Assembly: GCA_039096225.1 (NCBI GenBank)
Contig: JBBPEB010000014.1
Span: forward strand, 2,294,001-2,358,000
Direction of reading: 5' to 3'
Length of the DNA stretch: 64,000 nt
Origin: Blastocystis sp. Blastoise
Taxonomy: Eukaryota > Protista > Bigyra: Opalinata
Under the pieces are notes generated by a model. It worked only from the letters and a program-made list of their open reading frames with translations, had not been told where the DNA came from and did no database searches. Both the position numbers and the translations under genes were made by a program. Positions 33,501-47,617 of this stretch are shown in pieces (position 1 is the stretch's first letter; each line of letters opens with the position of its first letter).

Positions 33501-36500
33501 TTTATATCTTCTTTATTATTATATACATTACATACATCGATATACATTTCTAAATATTTACTAACACATTGTTCTATTGTATGTTTTATATTTAAATCTG
33601 ATTTATCATGATATTCTGTTATATCTAAATATTCTTCATTATATTCTTGTAAAGAATTATAGATATAAGGGAATATATTGGTAACACCATAAGTACTATC
33701 TTCAATCATATAACAACCTCCATCTTCACATCTCATTTCATTATCTCTACATACAGATATAGTAGGACATAAATAAGAATGTTCTACACATATTTTTTGA
33801 TAATCACACATATAGAATCCTAATGGACAATGATAATTAGATTCATCAGTACATAATGAATAAGAAGATACACAATAACCAGTATCACATAATATAGGAC
33901 TCGTAGTAGGACAAATAACAGGACTTGAACATAATAAACTATTTCGTACACATGTTTTACTAGAAGAACAATAATATGGATAAGCAGAAGGACAATGAGA
34001 TGTTAATAATATTGAAGGAGAAGGAATAGTTATATTTGTAGTTGTTTCTAAAGATTTATTTTATTATAGTTTTTATTATAGTTTTTATTATATAATATAT
34101 ATATATACTTCCTTGTTGATTTCTTTCAATAAAATGAATTTGTGAATAACAATCTTGACTATTTTCAACACAAGTACCATTATCACAAAGAATAGGTTTT
34201 TCAAAAGTACATAAGATACTAGGTCTACATTGTTGATAGAATAAAGCACATCCTCCATTAGGACAATTTATATAAGGAGATCGACAAAGAGGTGTTTGAG
34301 AACAATAAAAAGATGAAGGTTTACATGTATTATCAGGACATAATACAAGAGGAGAAGGACATGTAAATTTATTAAAGAAAATATATAAATATATAAATAA
34401 ATATATAAATATAAATATATAATAATATTATAAAGGATATGTAACATGTGTTGGACATTCAAGCATAGAAACAACACAAGTATTATCATTACATTTATAA
34501 AAGTTTTTTGGACAATTTGTATAGATATTAATGATTGTAGATTCATTTAAAGATTTTTCATAAATAATATTATTATAAGCATCTTTATGATAGAGAGGAT
34601 AAGGAAATAAAGTAGTTTCTTCATTATTATTATTATTAATAGTTTTAATAGAAGAAATAGTTTGAATATTATTATTAAGAATAGAAGAAGATGAATATAA
34701 ATTCATATTTTTTGATCTTGTATTCGGTGCACTTTCAGATAAATTTAAATATAAGAATTTATTATCATATTGATAATTATAAGTTTCACCAAAAATAAAT
34801 ATAGAATCCGAAATACATTGATTTGAAGGAGATAAATGATAATATCTTGGACATGTAATTGAAGAAGGACATAAAGTAGCATTCTTAACACAATATCCTT
34901 GAGGACATCGATAAGGATAGGTTAATGGACATGTTGTATATATACATTCAGATATACTATAATTATAATATTTATAATATTTATTATTATATATATACTT
35001 ATGTGTACACATTCCATCAGGACATAAAATAAGTGGTTTAGGACAAAAACGAAGAGAAGGACATTCAATTGGATCAATAACACAACTTTTCTATTTATAT
35101 ATTTATTATTAATATAATAAAAAAATTAAAATCATAAAATAAATACTTTATCCCAACATAAAATAGGAGCATAAGAAGGACATTGAATAGAGTTTTTATA
35201 TTGATTACATTCTTCTACAGATACTGCACAAGTAACTAGATCTCCACAAGTAATTGTAGAAGGTGGACAATGAACTTGTTGAGGACACATTTGTTTATTT
35301 ATAGCTATTGCTCCATCAACACATATTACTTTATTTGTATCATGTATAGGAAAAGAAGGACATCTAAAAATATATTATATTATATTAATTATAAAAAATA
35401 AAATCAATATATATACTTCATATAATTATCAACACAAGCTCCATTTTCACATATATATCCATGACAAGTACAATTATGAATATCTTGTTGACAACCTATA
35501 TGAATATCTTCAGATTCACGATTCATACAAGCTTCCATTCCTAGAGGACAAGTAAGACTATTATGACAATCATTCCAATCAGAAACACAATGAATATCTT
35601 GTCCATTATCAAAGAATTCTATAGGATTCTTTATGTAATTACCATTCATATTATTATAACATATATAAGGACTAAGAGAAGAATGCTGTTTACATAAAGA
35701 AGGAAGGAAAACAAGATTTGGTTGAGTACCTAATAATATCTTTGTATAGATTTCTGTATTTGTAAGATCATCCCAAGTAATATCTGTTAAATAAAAATCT
35801 ATAGATCCATAACCATATAAAGGAGATAATATAGTTAAACTATGTATATAAGGAGTCTGAGATTTGAAAGGAATAGTCAATCGAAGCTATATAGAAATAT
35901 TTATAAATAATAATTATTAAATATATATATAAAATCATACAGATCTTTGTTTTCCACTTGAATCAAGAGTAATAATAGCAAATAGAGTTTTATTGGATGT
36001 ATTAATATCTAATAAATTCCCTAATGCATCACGAATCTTAATAATCATAGTCACATCTGTATATAGAGAAGTACTCTCTGAAATAAATGATATATATGTA
36101 TTTGTATATTCAGGTTCTAAAGGAGAAAGAGAAGTAAGTTTATTAAGAAATATATAGATATATTTTTATAATTATATTATATATAATATAAAGGATATAG
36201 ATAATGATATTGAAGATATTGATGATTATTAATAATAGGATAATATATATAATCACCAGAATAGATTAATTTATATTCACAAGTATAGGAATCCTTTATA
36301 AATATACAAGGGAATAGTTCAGTATGAAGAATAGGATTTCCATCACCCTCTATATCCAGTGATACATCCATTTCAATAGAAATAGAATAGGCATCGAATT
36401 CTATTGGACGTTCATATATATCATAAAGATATACATATATAAAACAAGTTGTATTCACACGTTCACATTCATCATTCTTAAGGACTATATTTATATTTAT

Positions 36501-37984
36501 ATTCATTTATTTATATAATAAGAATACTTGTAGATTGATATCTGATTTGTGCTGGATAGAGTTGAATCTTTAATAATGGAAAAGGAGAAGTTGAATTATA
36601 ATATAATTGAAGTGTATATTCAGTTAGTATATTTATTAAAGAAAATAATTTTTATTTTTTGAATAAATATTTACTTATATATAAATAGGATATAATTTCC
36701 AGGATGAGTAGAAGTTAAATCATTATAAATTATCAAATATTGACCTATATATAAATATTATTTTATATTATATTATTATATATATACCAAGTTCTTTATC
36801 ATATAATTGAACATTCAAATGAGGTGGAATAAACATTGTATTCGACTATATAGAATACTAATAATACTATATATATTATATAATAAATATACAGAAGATG
36901 TAATAGCCATAGAGAATAGATTTGTGTCAAAATAGGTATATACAGGATTCCCATATATATCTACAGTAGATAATAAGAATGATCCTTTTGTCTATTAATA
37001 TATAATATAATATATAATGTAATATATAAATATATACATTTTCTCTTAATCCATGTATACTACATAATCCATCAGGTAACTTATCTTCATTCTCTAAGGG
37101 AGAACAGGAATATATATAGGAAGTAGCTTCTGATGGTTTTATAATAGCTTGTATTGGAGAATTCTATTTATATATATATAGAATATAATAATATAATAAA
37201 TATACTAATAAAGCTACTCCTGATAGTTTTACATATATATCATAGTTTCCAATTGTATATAAATATAACGAAAATACATATACATTTCCATAAATTAATA
37301 TTGCATAACTATATAATAATTATAATAATAATAAATATATATACCTATCTGTTTCTATACGAGTTTCATTCTTATATATTTCTATATATAATTCTTTTGA
37401 TATATCTTCTTCTATTGTATTATTAAAGGAGTGATTATTAAGAAAATATTTATTTATATAATATATATAAATAATAATAATATAAAAGATATATCAAAGA
37501 GATGAACATGAATGAAAATTTGAGTACCAGCTATATAAGCTATATATATAAATAATAATGATAATAAATATATATATATACTTTTATTGATTCCTTCATC
37601 ATCTAATAATTCTATATATATAATAATAATAAAAATACATATAATAAATACCATTTTTTCCATAATCTTCATAATTAGGAACAGGAATAGGATTATTATT
37701 AGAAGGGAAATGAATAAATGATTGTTGAGGGTCCATAATTGATGGAGAAATAATCAATTGAAATTGTTGTTCATAATGAACTTGCTCAAGAGAAAATGTT
37801 ATAGTATATGTATCAGCATCAATATAATACATTCTATATAATAATAATAATAATATAATATATATAATATATACTTTGTATAAATAGTATTATGATCAAA
37901 AATAAAGATAGCTGGTTTATTCCCTGTGCAATAAGGTAAATCACATACATTGAGATTATTACCCTTAGAATCAATCACTTTATA

Positions 37985-38016
<32 letters not shown>

Positions 38017-40854
38017 TATATACATGTTGATTTTAAGAATGGTTGAATATAAGTAGGATTAATATCATTACCATAAATATCTCGTGGATGAAATGTACAA
38101 TTAAATTCTATTCCTGTAGTTAATTCATCAGGACAAAGTAAATAAGAAGGAGATCCAAGAAGATCTATATAATTATATTATTATTATATATTATATATTA
38201 TATATATACTCATATTAGGATAAGCATAAGTAGTAGTAGTAAGTATTTCTATATAGGGTTGATCTTCAAAGGATGTAGAAATAGTAATAGTATATAGATC
38301 TCGATAAGAAGAAAGATGAAGAGGAGAATCTATTAGAAACTATATAAATATTAATTATATATATATTATTATATATACATGAATATGATTATTGTTGAGA
38401 GTATAAGAATAGAGAAGAGGAGGAGAAGAAGTTAAATTGAATTGTTGATTTATAGGAATAGGACTATATAATAATAATATTAATAAAAAAAATAAATATA
38501 CATTTCATTATTATGAATATCTTTAACAATAACATCTAATTCTCTTCTTATTTCAGGTACAAATCCCATACTGAATGTTCCTGAATAGGTTGATGATAAA
38601 GAATACTTTAAACATGTGAATGTAGTAATTGTCACTGATGTATCCAATATAGGCATATTATTATATAATAATATAAACGTATAATTACGAGCAGTAGGAA
38701 GATGAGGTATAGTTGTATATAGATTAAAGAAAATAATAGTATTTAATTAGTATTATTAATATATATATATAAAAGGATATTTATAAGTACCAAGTGATAT
38801 AGTTTCAACTATATACATAATTCCATCATAATAATCTTCATCTATATTTATCCTATATATATATTTATATTTATATAATAATAGAATACCATTTAAGATT
38901 AGATTGTTGACCCGTAATAATATGTTGATTTTCATCAAATATTTGAAATGAAAAGAATGGATCAGTTTCTAAATTGACATTTAATATCGATGATACATGA
39001 AATTTAAGAGGAGATGTTAATCTATAAATATATTGAAAATAATTAAAAAAATATATATACATGAATAAAGAATAAGGAAGAGAAGATAGAGTAACAGGAA
39101 TATCTTTAGAGAATAGATTATCTTGTTTATTTTGAAAGAATAGACGTATATATAAATAAGGATATTCTGATTCAGTAAGACCAATAATAGAAGACATTTC
39201 AACAATATAATGAATATGAATACTATAAATAAATATAAATAATAAATAATAAATAATATTAACATACGTATTATTGAGTATATGTTTATCTACAGTAAAA
39301 GGAGTATCTTCTAAAGTATCAGCTCGTCGAATATCTATATCAATATATTCTCCTTCATGATTATATATAGAAAAAGAAGGATCTTCTTTTGAATATCCAC
39401 CTTCTTCAATATAATATGTAGCATTCAATGAATTAAAATATTCATCCTATTATAAATATATAACAATAATAATAATAATAAATAAATACTTTTAAATTCA
39501 TATAGATATCTCCACAAATAGAAATATTAGTAGAATCACAATAAGAAACAAATTCAATTCCAGTCCCATGAATATCAGTATGAGCAATATAAAGAGTACC
39601 AGGAACAACAGCTATTATATATATTATATTATAAATATAAATATATATACTTAGATAAGAATCATAGATATTTCCAGAAACTAATGTAATCAATGAAATC
39701 TTATGGAATCCTGATACTTTAGCAGGTATAGAACATGTACTAAGAAGACTTATTGAATCTGGATTCATAACATCATAATAAGTATTTCGATCTATATAAA
39801 ATTATATTCAAATTATATATATTTATATATACCTTCTACATAACTATAATCACATATTTTATATACACTTTGTAAATTAATTACTGAATTATTATATCTA
39901 TAAATAATATATATATAAATAAAGAATAATAAAATAATTACATATCAAAGAATTTGATGTTTATAGGAATAATATCACCAGCAGTATAAAGAGAATCATG
40001 AGTTACTTTTATTGTAGATGTACTATATATATATAAGAGAATAATAATAATTAATATACATTTCAGTAGAAGGTATAGTAGTGATATTCAATTCTAAAGA
40101 GGACCAAATATTATCTTCAGATAAACAATCTATTTTCACAGTTATATTTCTAACTTTTGAAGGTAAATGAATAAATGTATAAAGAGGACAAATAGAAGTA
40201 TATTGATATTCTTGTGTATATATATCAAGAGAAGGAGATGTTGAAAATGAATAAAAAGATTTCTGAGTATACTATATAATAATAATATATTATAATATAA
40301 ATATATAAATATACTTCTCCATCACCTTTAATATACACTTTATATTTATCTCTTCGATTATCTAAACAATATCCATCATCATATATATCTCTTGTATATA
40401 TATACATATACGTTAATGTACCTGCAAAACTAATAGGACTGTAAAAAGTAGAATTAAGAAATATATATAATAGTATTAAGAGAATATAATATAAAATAAA
40501 ATAAAATATAAAAAGGATATATAGATTTCAGTTTTCGAGCAATCATTAGGACTAATTCTACTTTGAATAGTACAATATATATAAGAATTAATTGTATCAA
40601 TATCTTCTTCTTCTTCTTGATTTAGAAGACGTACATATAAATGACCATTAGAAATCTCACGAAAGAAGCGAATGGATAATGTATATTGTGAAGTAGAATC
40701 CATAGTGATTCTATAACTAAAGAATTGATCGGATTCACCTGGAAATAAAGGAATATCAAATCCTTCTGAAGATGTTACATATAATTTTATTATAAAATTA
40801 TTCTGATTCACTAAATTATAATAACGATCTCTTACTATTAATGTAAACTATATA

Positions 40855-40891
<37 letters not shown>

Positions 40892-43800
40892 CAACACTTC
40901 TATATAAAGGAATAATTGAATAGATAGTAGAGATAGAAGAGTAGAGATAAGAAGGAACATCACTATATACTGATAATTGGAATGGAGTATTAATCACACA
41001 TAAACCATTCACACTATAGAAAATATTATTATAGATTTATATATATTTACATCCATCTAAAATAAACAGATTCTGAAGTATAAGAAACAAATTGATATAT
41101 TAATTTTTCATGTAATGGATCTATATATATATAATAATCATAATAATAAATATATAAAATACCTTCTTTTGAAGTAAAGAAATAAGATTGATCTGTATTT
41201 AATAGAATTGTTCCTGTAAATAATGTTGTAGGAACTGTATTATTATATTCATCACGAAAATATATTTCAAAATTATCTATATATATATGTTATTATTATA
41301 TAAATATAAAATAAATATAAATATATACGAATAACACCAACACTAGTAGTTTTATTTGGTGGTATAAAAATAGTATTTGAAGGAAGAAGAGAACCATGAG
41401 TTACTGTCCATGCAGATAAAAATGGAGAATAATGAATAGGAATACCATCTACTGTTATATAAATATCATATATAGCTACATAGAAAGCTTTTAAATATAA
41501 ATAAAGAGAAGAAGAAGAAAGATAGGAGAAGGTATATGTAGGAAGAGATGGAACTATATATATATATATAGAATAATAAATAAATAAAATATAAATATAC
41601 CCTTTCGATCACTAATAAAAGTGACTTTAATTCGTTGTTCGAGATCGATATCTATAGGTATTTGTCCACATCGACTATTAAGGAATAATTGAAGTGGATA
41701 TATAGATCCTGCAGTACTCGTGAAGAAGAGAGGATATTCAGAAGGAGTAATAGTAGTAGAAGTCAAAGGAATCGTTGATACTGTAGGAGATATCAATTGG
41801 ATACCCTATTCAATATAATTATATTATTATTATTAATATATACATGTTCTGGTGAAATAATTTCTAAATAATATCCTGATGATAAATGAGAGACAGAATC
41901 CTATATATATAATAATAATAATGATTATATATAGAATAATACAAGATTGATATTGAGAGTATGTTTATTAGAGAGATAGAGATGAAGTTGATTATATCTA
42001 GAGATCAACTGTAGAGTTAATTGTCCATTATTATAGAAGGAATAGGATACTGAAGTAATTATAGAAGGAGATTTTATTGTAGGAGGAGTATCACCAGGTA
42101 AATATACTTGAAGAACTATATATTTATTATTTAATATTATTATATTTATATACTATTTTCATTAAAGAAGAATATATAAGAATTAGATTGAGAGAAACAT
42201 CGAGATTGAAGTATATTATTATAGGGAATATCAGGGTTTATTACAGGAGTAGAAGAAGAATATTGTATATAAGGATGAAGAAGAATACAAAAAGGAGATA
42301 TGGATTCTATATATATATAATATAATATATAGTATATATATACCTAAATAGATATTTGATTTAAATTGAAGTATTTCATACATATAAATATGATATCCAA
42401 ATATTGATGTTTTATTAAGAGATACAGTCTAAATATATATATTAATAATAAATATATATATATACTTGTTGTTGAATATGAATATTTTTGAAATCTCTTG
42501 TACAATAATAAGGATTTTCTCCTTCACTGTTTAAAGTACTACTATAACTATTTCCAGAGAGATTAATACTACTATTCATATTCGGTATAGTTGTAGTATC
42601 TTCTTTATCAATAATCATAAAAACTACTTTAGAGAGAAGAGGAGCATCACAGAGAAATGTCAAATTCGTTTGAGTTATAAAACGAGATATAGAATCTATA
42701 GAATAATATTATTTTATTATTATTATTATGTATACTTGATTGAGTTCCACATGTTCTAGAAGCAAAGAATATAGATATAGAATAGGTGATTCCAGGAATA
42801 AGACCTAATTTATCTGCATAATTCGTTATATTAATATGAGAACCAACTGGAGTGTTATAACTATATATATAATAATATATAATATAATATATAATATAAA
42901 TACCCTCCATAATCTAAGAATAAATGTTTATTAATAAAAACCCATAATCCATTATTGGTTTCAAAATCTATAAATTGATCTGTTCTATTCTCATATCTAT
43001 ATATATAATAATAATATTTTATAAATATAAAACAATAATAATATACAAGAAAAATAAATTTGTTTTCATAGTAAACCAGCATTTCTTACCAATATATTCT
43101 TCTATTGGACTTAATGCATATCCTCCTTTTACATCTGTTAAAGGAAAATAAGTAGGACTAGAAGATATAAAATATTATAGATATATATATACTAATTAAG
43201 TGTAAGAAGGTTTTTGGTACCCATAATACCAATAAGAGGAAAAGAGAAAGAATATGAATTATTACTTTCTGTAAACCATGTATTGAAGGTAGAATATGTA
43301 GAATTCATAGATGCACTATAAAAAAGAAGAATAAAAATAGTATTATAAAAATATATATATACACAGGAAGATCATAATCATTGAGTTCTGATTCAACGAA
43401 TCCAGTTTCTTTAGAACTTCCCCATTTCTGAAAGTCAGTATTTCCTTGGGGATCTAAGCAACATAATCGAGAAATCACTTCATTATTATGGAAATCATCA
43501 GTAATATCCTCTACGAAACAACATCCATCTCCTGCAGCAGTATAATCATAATAGGTACTCATTGTATATATTATAGCTATAAAAAATTATATTCATTAAT
43601 TATATATAAATATACGAGAAGTAGCAACAAAAATTCGAATATTATTATCAGCATAATCATTCACTTTATCACATACTGTTTCTACTCTATCTTCTTTTGA
43701 ATATAAATTTGAATATATATATCTATATATAATATAATAATACAAAAATAAATAAATATATACTTTGGATAATTTGAAGGTTGTTTTGTAATAAAATTAT

Positions 43801-44660
43801 CTGTATAATGAATAATACAATCACGAATACCAAATCCTTTCTCATCAACATATAATGCATATACTCTATATATATTAATAATAATTAATAATATATATAT
43901 ATACTTATAAGTGACTGATTTTGTTTGTATTTCAATATATTCACCTCCAGGAAGTGATTGACAAGATTCATAAGGCCATTGATTTGTTATGAATTCATTA
44001 AATGTAGAATACTTTTGAAAAGTCATTATGAAATATTCATCATCAGACCAACCATTTATATTCAATATTAACAACTTTAACGAGGTTCCTGGCAATAACG
44101 AAATAGGAAGGGAACCTATAAATATATTTCAATTTATATTTATTTTAATAGATAAATGTGATGATAAGAATCATAAATTTCATATTTTTAGAAATAAATA
44201 AATTATAAAAATCATACCAATTACGTCGTAATCTCTGAATGAATTATTCTCTATGTTCTTAAAGCCTGTAGGATTCGATATATGTTCTATATAACTTCGT
44301 TTATCTGTTATAAAGTCATTATTGGAATTCGAATAAAACATTTCCCACATTTGACCTTGAAAATGATAACAATAAGTCTAAATAAATTTATAAATGATTC
44401 TAGAATTCTATTTATGTATCATTACATACAAGATAAACTTCATTACGATCTTTTCCTATCCAAACATACTCAGAATCAAAATAATAATCACCTCCTTGTT
44501 TTATCATACAATCTTGTACAGGCAATTCTCTTGATTTACCTATTCAATTATGTGGAATATTATGGAATTAAGAGAATAGAAAAAACAAACCTAATTTCTT
44601 TCCAGAATTAACTGCTAAACATGTAGTATAGATGAATAAGAGTAGATATAATATTCTCAT
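25901..44660 (-). CDS. Gene D: very large single-pass membrane receptor/adhesin-like protein
   Basis: First exon encodes a signal peptide (MRILYLLLFIYTTCLA). Then a fibro-slime/PA14-like region at ~42650-43560 (LWVFIN..LFLDYGG, LGLIPG..Y...FFASR), filamin/Ig-like repeats (RDxxGN), many CPxxxPxxCxDGxC repeats at ~29700-35700, a TM helix at ~28840-29010, and a long N/S/K-rich cytoplasmic tail. Dozens of introns; internal exon borders were not all verified. Confidence 0.8.
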
Positions 44661-47617
44661 TTAATTAAATAAGAATTATAGGATGAATTATCAGAAAGAA
44701 ACAAAAGTGTTTTGAAAACAAGAAGATTCTCTTAATTATTTGTTAGAATCTGAGTGAAAAATGGTTTGTGTTGTTTAAAATGAGTTTGGCTGAATTTTCT
44801 TTGATTTCTTTGTTGTTGTAGAGGTTGTGTGTTATTTATAGTGTTAGAAGATTTTATATTTGAATGATTATGTTGATTGTTGCTTATTATTTTAAAATAA
44901 TTAATTTAATTTGGAAATAATTCATTTAATATTTTAGTTAGATGAGTATTGTGATGAGTATATAAAAGTCTATGTGATGAGTTAAATAGTATTATAGTAA
45001 TTAAATAAGAGAAAAGTCTTTTAATTCAATTTTACTTTTTAATTGTTTGTTTTATTGAATTATTTTTTGATATATTGTATTATTTAAAAAATTTTACATA
45101 TTATTTGAAATCAATTAATTTATTTTAATGATAATTATTGTTAAGAAAACTGAATGATTATCATAAATCTGAATCATATGAATAATATAGCATCTATACA
45201 TTTTACAGTTCACTTTAAAGCCATTCAATACTTTATAATTTTTCTTATTGAATAAAAAAATGAAGAAAACAATAGAATCGTTTTTTCCCATATTTGTACT
45301 ACTCTTCTCCATGATTTGCAACACAATATTTTTTGGGTATTTCTACCAATTTTTCTTCTTTTTTCCTTATCGTTTCTTTCCATCAATTCACATAATGATA
45401 TGAGCAATTAGCAGATATCATAAAACTGATAACTAAAGTCGGGAAAGAAACACAATTATTAGAATGTCTATATAGAATATCAATGAATAGAAACTCTCGT
45501 ATTTTACCACTATTTCTCTTGTATTATACATAAATTGACTGATTGTAAAAAAGTTGCTAATTCAACTGTTTTGAAAAAAGTATAAAAATCGTTATAGCTA
45601 TAGTTTCGGTATTTCCCAAGAAATCAGTAAAAGTGATCTTACTAGTCAAGAGAGAATTCTATAGTGTCTACAGTCAAGTCTAAAAACAATGAAAACCTAT
45701 TGGAGTCAATAAACAAAGAATTCTTATAAGAGTCTCTCGCTATTAACCTAGTTTTTAAATAAGATATTCTTTATAAGCTATGTTATCAAAACGAGTCATA
45801 AAAAATAGAAAAATTTGCTTTATTTTCTATATAAAAAGATTGCTATCTTATGTCAATACGACTTTTCCCATAAATCAGCAAACAGTATTCAGAAACTCTT
45901 CATTCATTTGTATTCGTTGCTTTTTGCAAAATACTTTGGCTATCAATTTTTATTTTTCATTTTATTCTATGAATATGGAATATAATTATATAATTTATTA
46001 TTTTCTAATGAATATTTTATGTGTATTCTTCACTAGTAGATTTTAAAAAACATAATAAAGACAATTATAGTGATTCCATTTCAATAATGTTGTCAATTTT
46101 GAGTATAAATTGTTATATAATGTTTATCAATATTAGAGATATACATAAATGAATTTTATAGGATTAAAAGAGGAAATGTTAAAAAAATAGTTTATAAAAT
46201 TGTATTAAAAGCGTTATATAAATATTTTGTGAAACTCTTCTTCTTAAAATTTATTTTTTTAATTTTTGAATGATAAAACGTATTAAATCATTTATAAATG
46301 TATTATTCTATTCTATCTACTTGCTAACTTGTTTAATTGATTAAAATGAATACAAAAAAATCACCGATTCTCAAAGATGAGTATATTTTTCTTATTAATA
46401 AGTTAAAAATAAATGTTATTCACAATGTATTGAATATGTATAATAAGAAATAATAAAGAATAACGATGAAAAAACATCAAAATTGATTATTTATAAAAAT
46501 ATATTTGAAAAGTCTTTACATATCAATATCAGTGTCATAAAGAAATATAAACTCATAGATTTAAATTTATAAATGATTTATTATATGAAGAGGATCTTTA
46601 TGTATTTAATAATGTGAACTATTTCAAAATACTTTATACAATAAAGAGTAACAATGAAATGTTTTTAGAGAATTTAGTAGATGAATCAACTTCATACTCT
46701 TCAACTGTTTTCAATCTATATATATAAATAGATTCTTCATAAATATTAATTTATATATAATATAATAACTACATAAATACCATGAATATCAGGAAATAAA
46801 GATGAATTGCTTGTTTCAATTGGTATACATAAGGTATATTCATGTTATAATATACAGAAATGTGATAGAATAGTTTTTTATAACTTTATAGAATATAATA
46901 TTGCTATTATTTCAAAAACAAGAAGAGAATCACTGTTAATTATTTCTATCTTGTTGAAATTCCAGTAAAAAATAAATAATTGACACATCATGACATCATA
47001 AATCATTCTAGACTTCTTAAATAGCTGCTCATGAAGATCAATATAGGATTTTGAAAATAATTTGTTGAAGAATTGTGAATATTTGACTTTTATTTGAAAT
47101 ATACTTTGCTAACATGTGATTAAAGCAGCCAATAATACGTTCATTTATGTTTATTTAGTAATTTTGATTCTTATATTTCTTTTTTTGATTATAATAATGA
47201 ATTCTTTGAGTATATCCATGTTCTTTATGTATTTTAATAAACATATTCAACTATATCGAATTGAATAAGTTATTTTAACGATATAAAATGATTAAAAAAG
47301 ATTTAAAAGAAATAATATTTTTCACTTTTTATTTTCCGCTTTAAAAAAAAATATAATCGTGATTCTTTTTTGATACTTGTTCATTCACTTTGAAATGCGA
47401 TATAATTACCCTTAATATCAATGAGTAACTAAGAGTAATTCCATATATATCTTTTCTAAAAATTTGCAAGTTTTAATTTTTCTTGCTTTCACTGATTCAT
47501 TATTTTTATTCTAGGATACAACTATTTTCAAAGTATTTATTGAATATACTATATAGAAATTTGTTTACAAAGCAAGACACTCTATGATTATGTTATTTTT
47601 ATAGTTGAATTCAAGTG

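Noticed and set aside
44700-47500. Short ORFs in the D / C' divergent intergenic region
   Set aside because: Low-complexity AT-driven translations with no exon structure or motifs.
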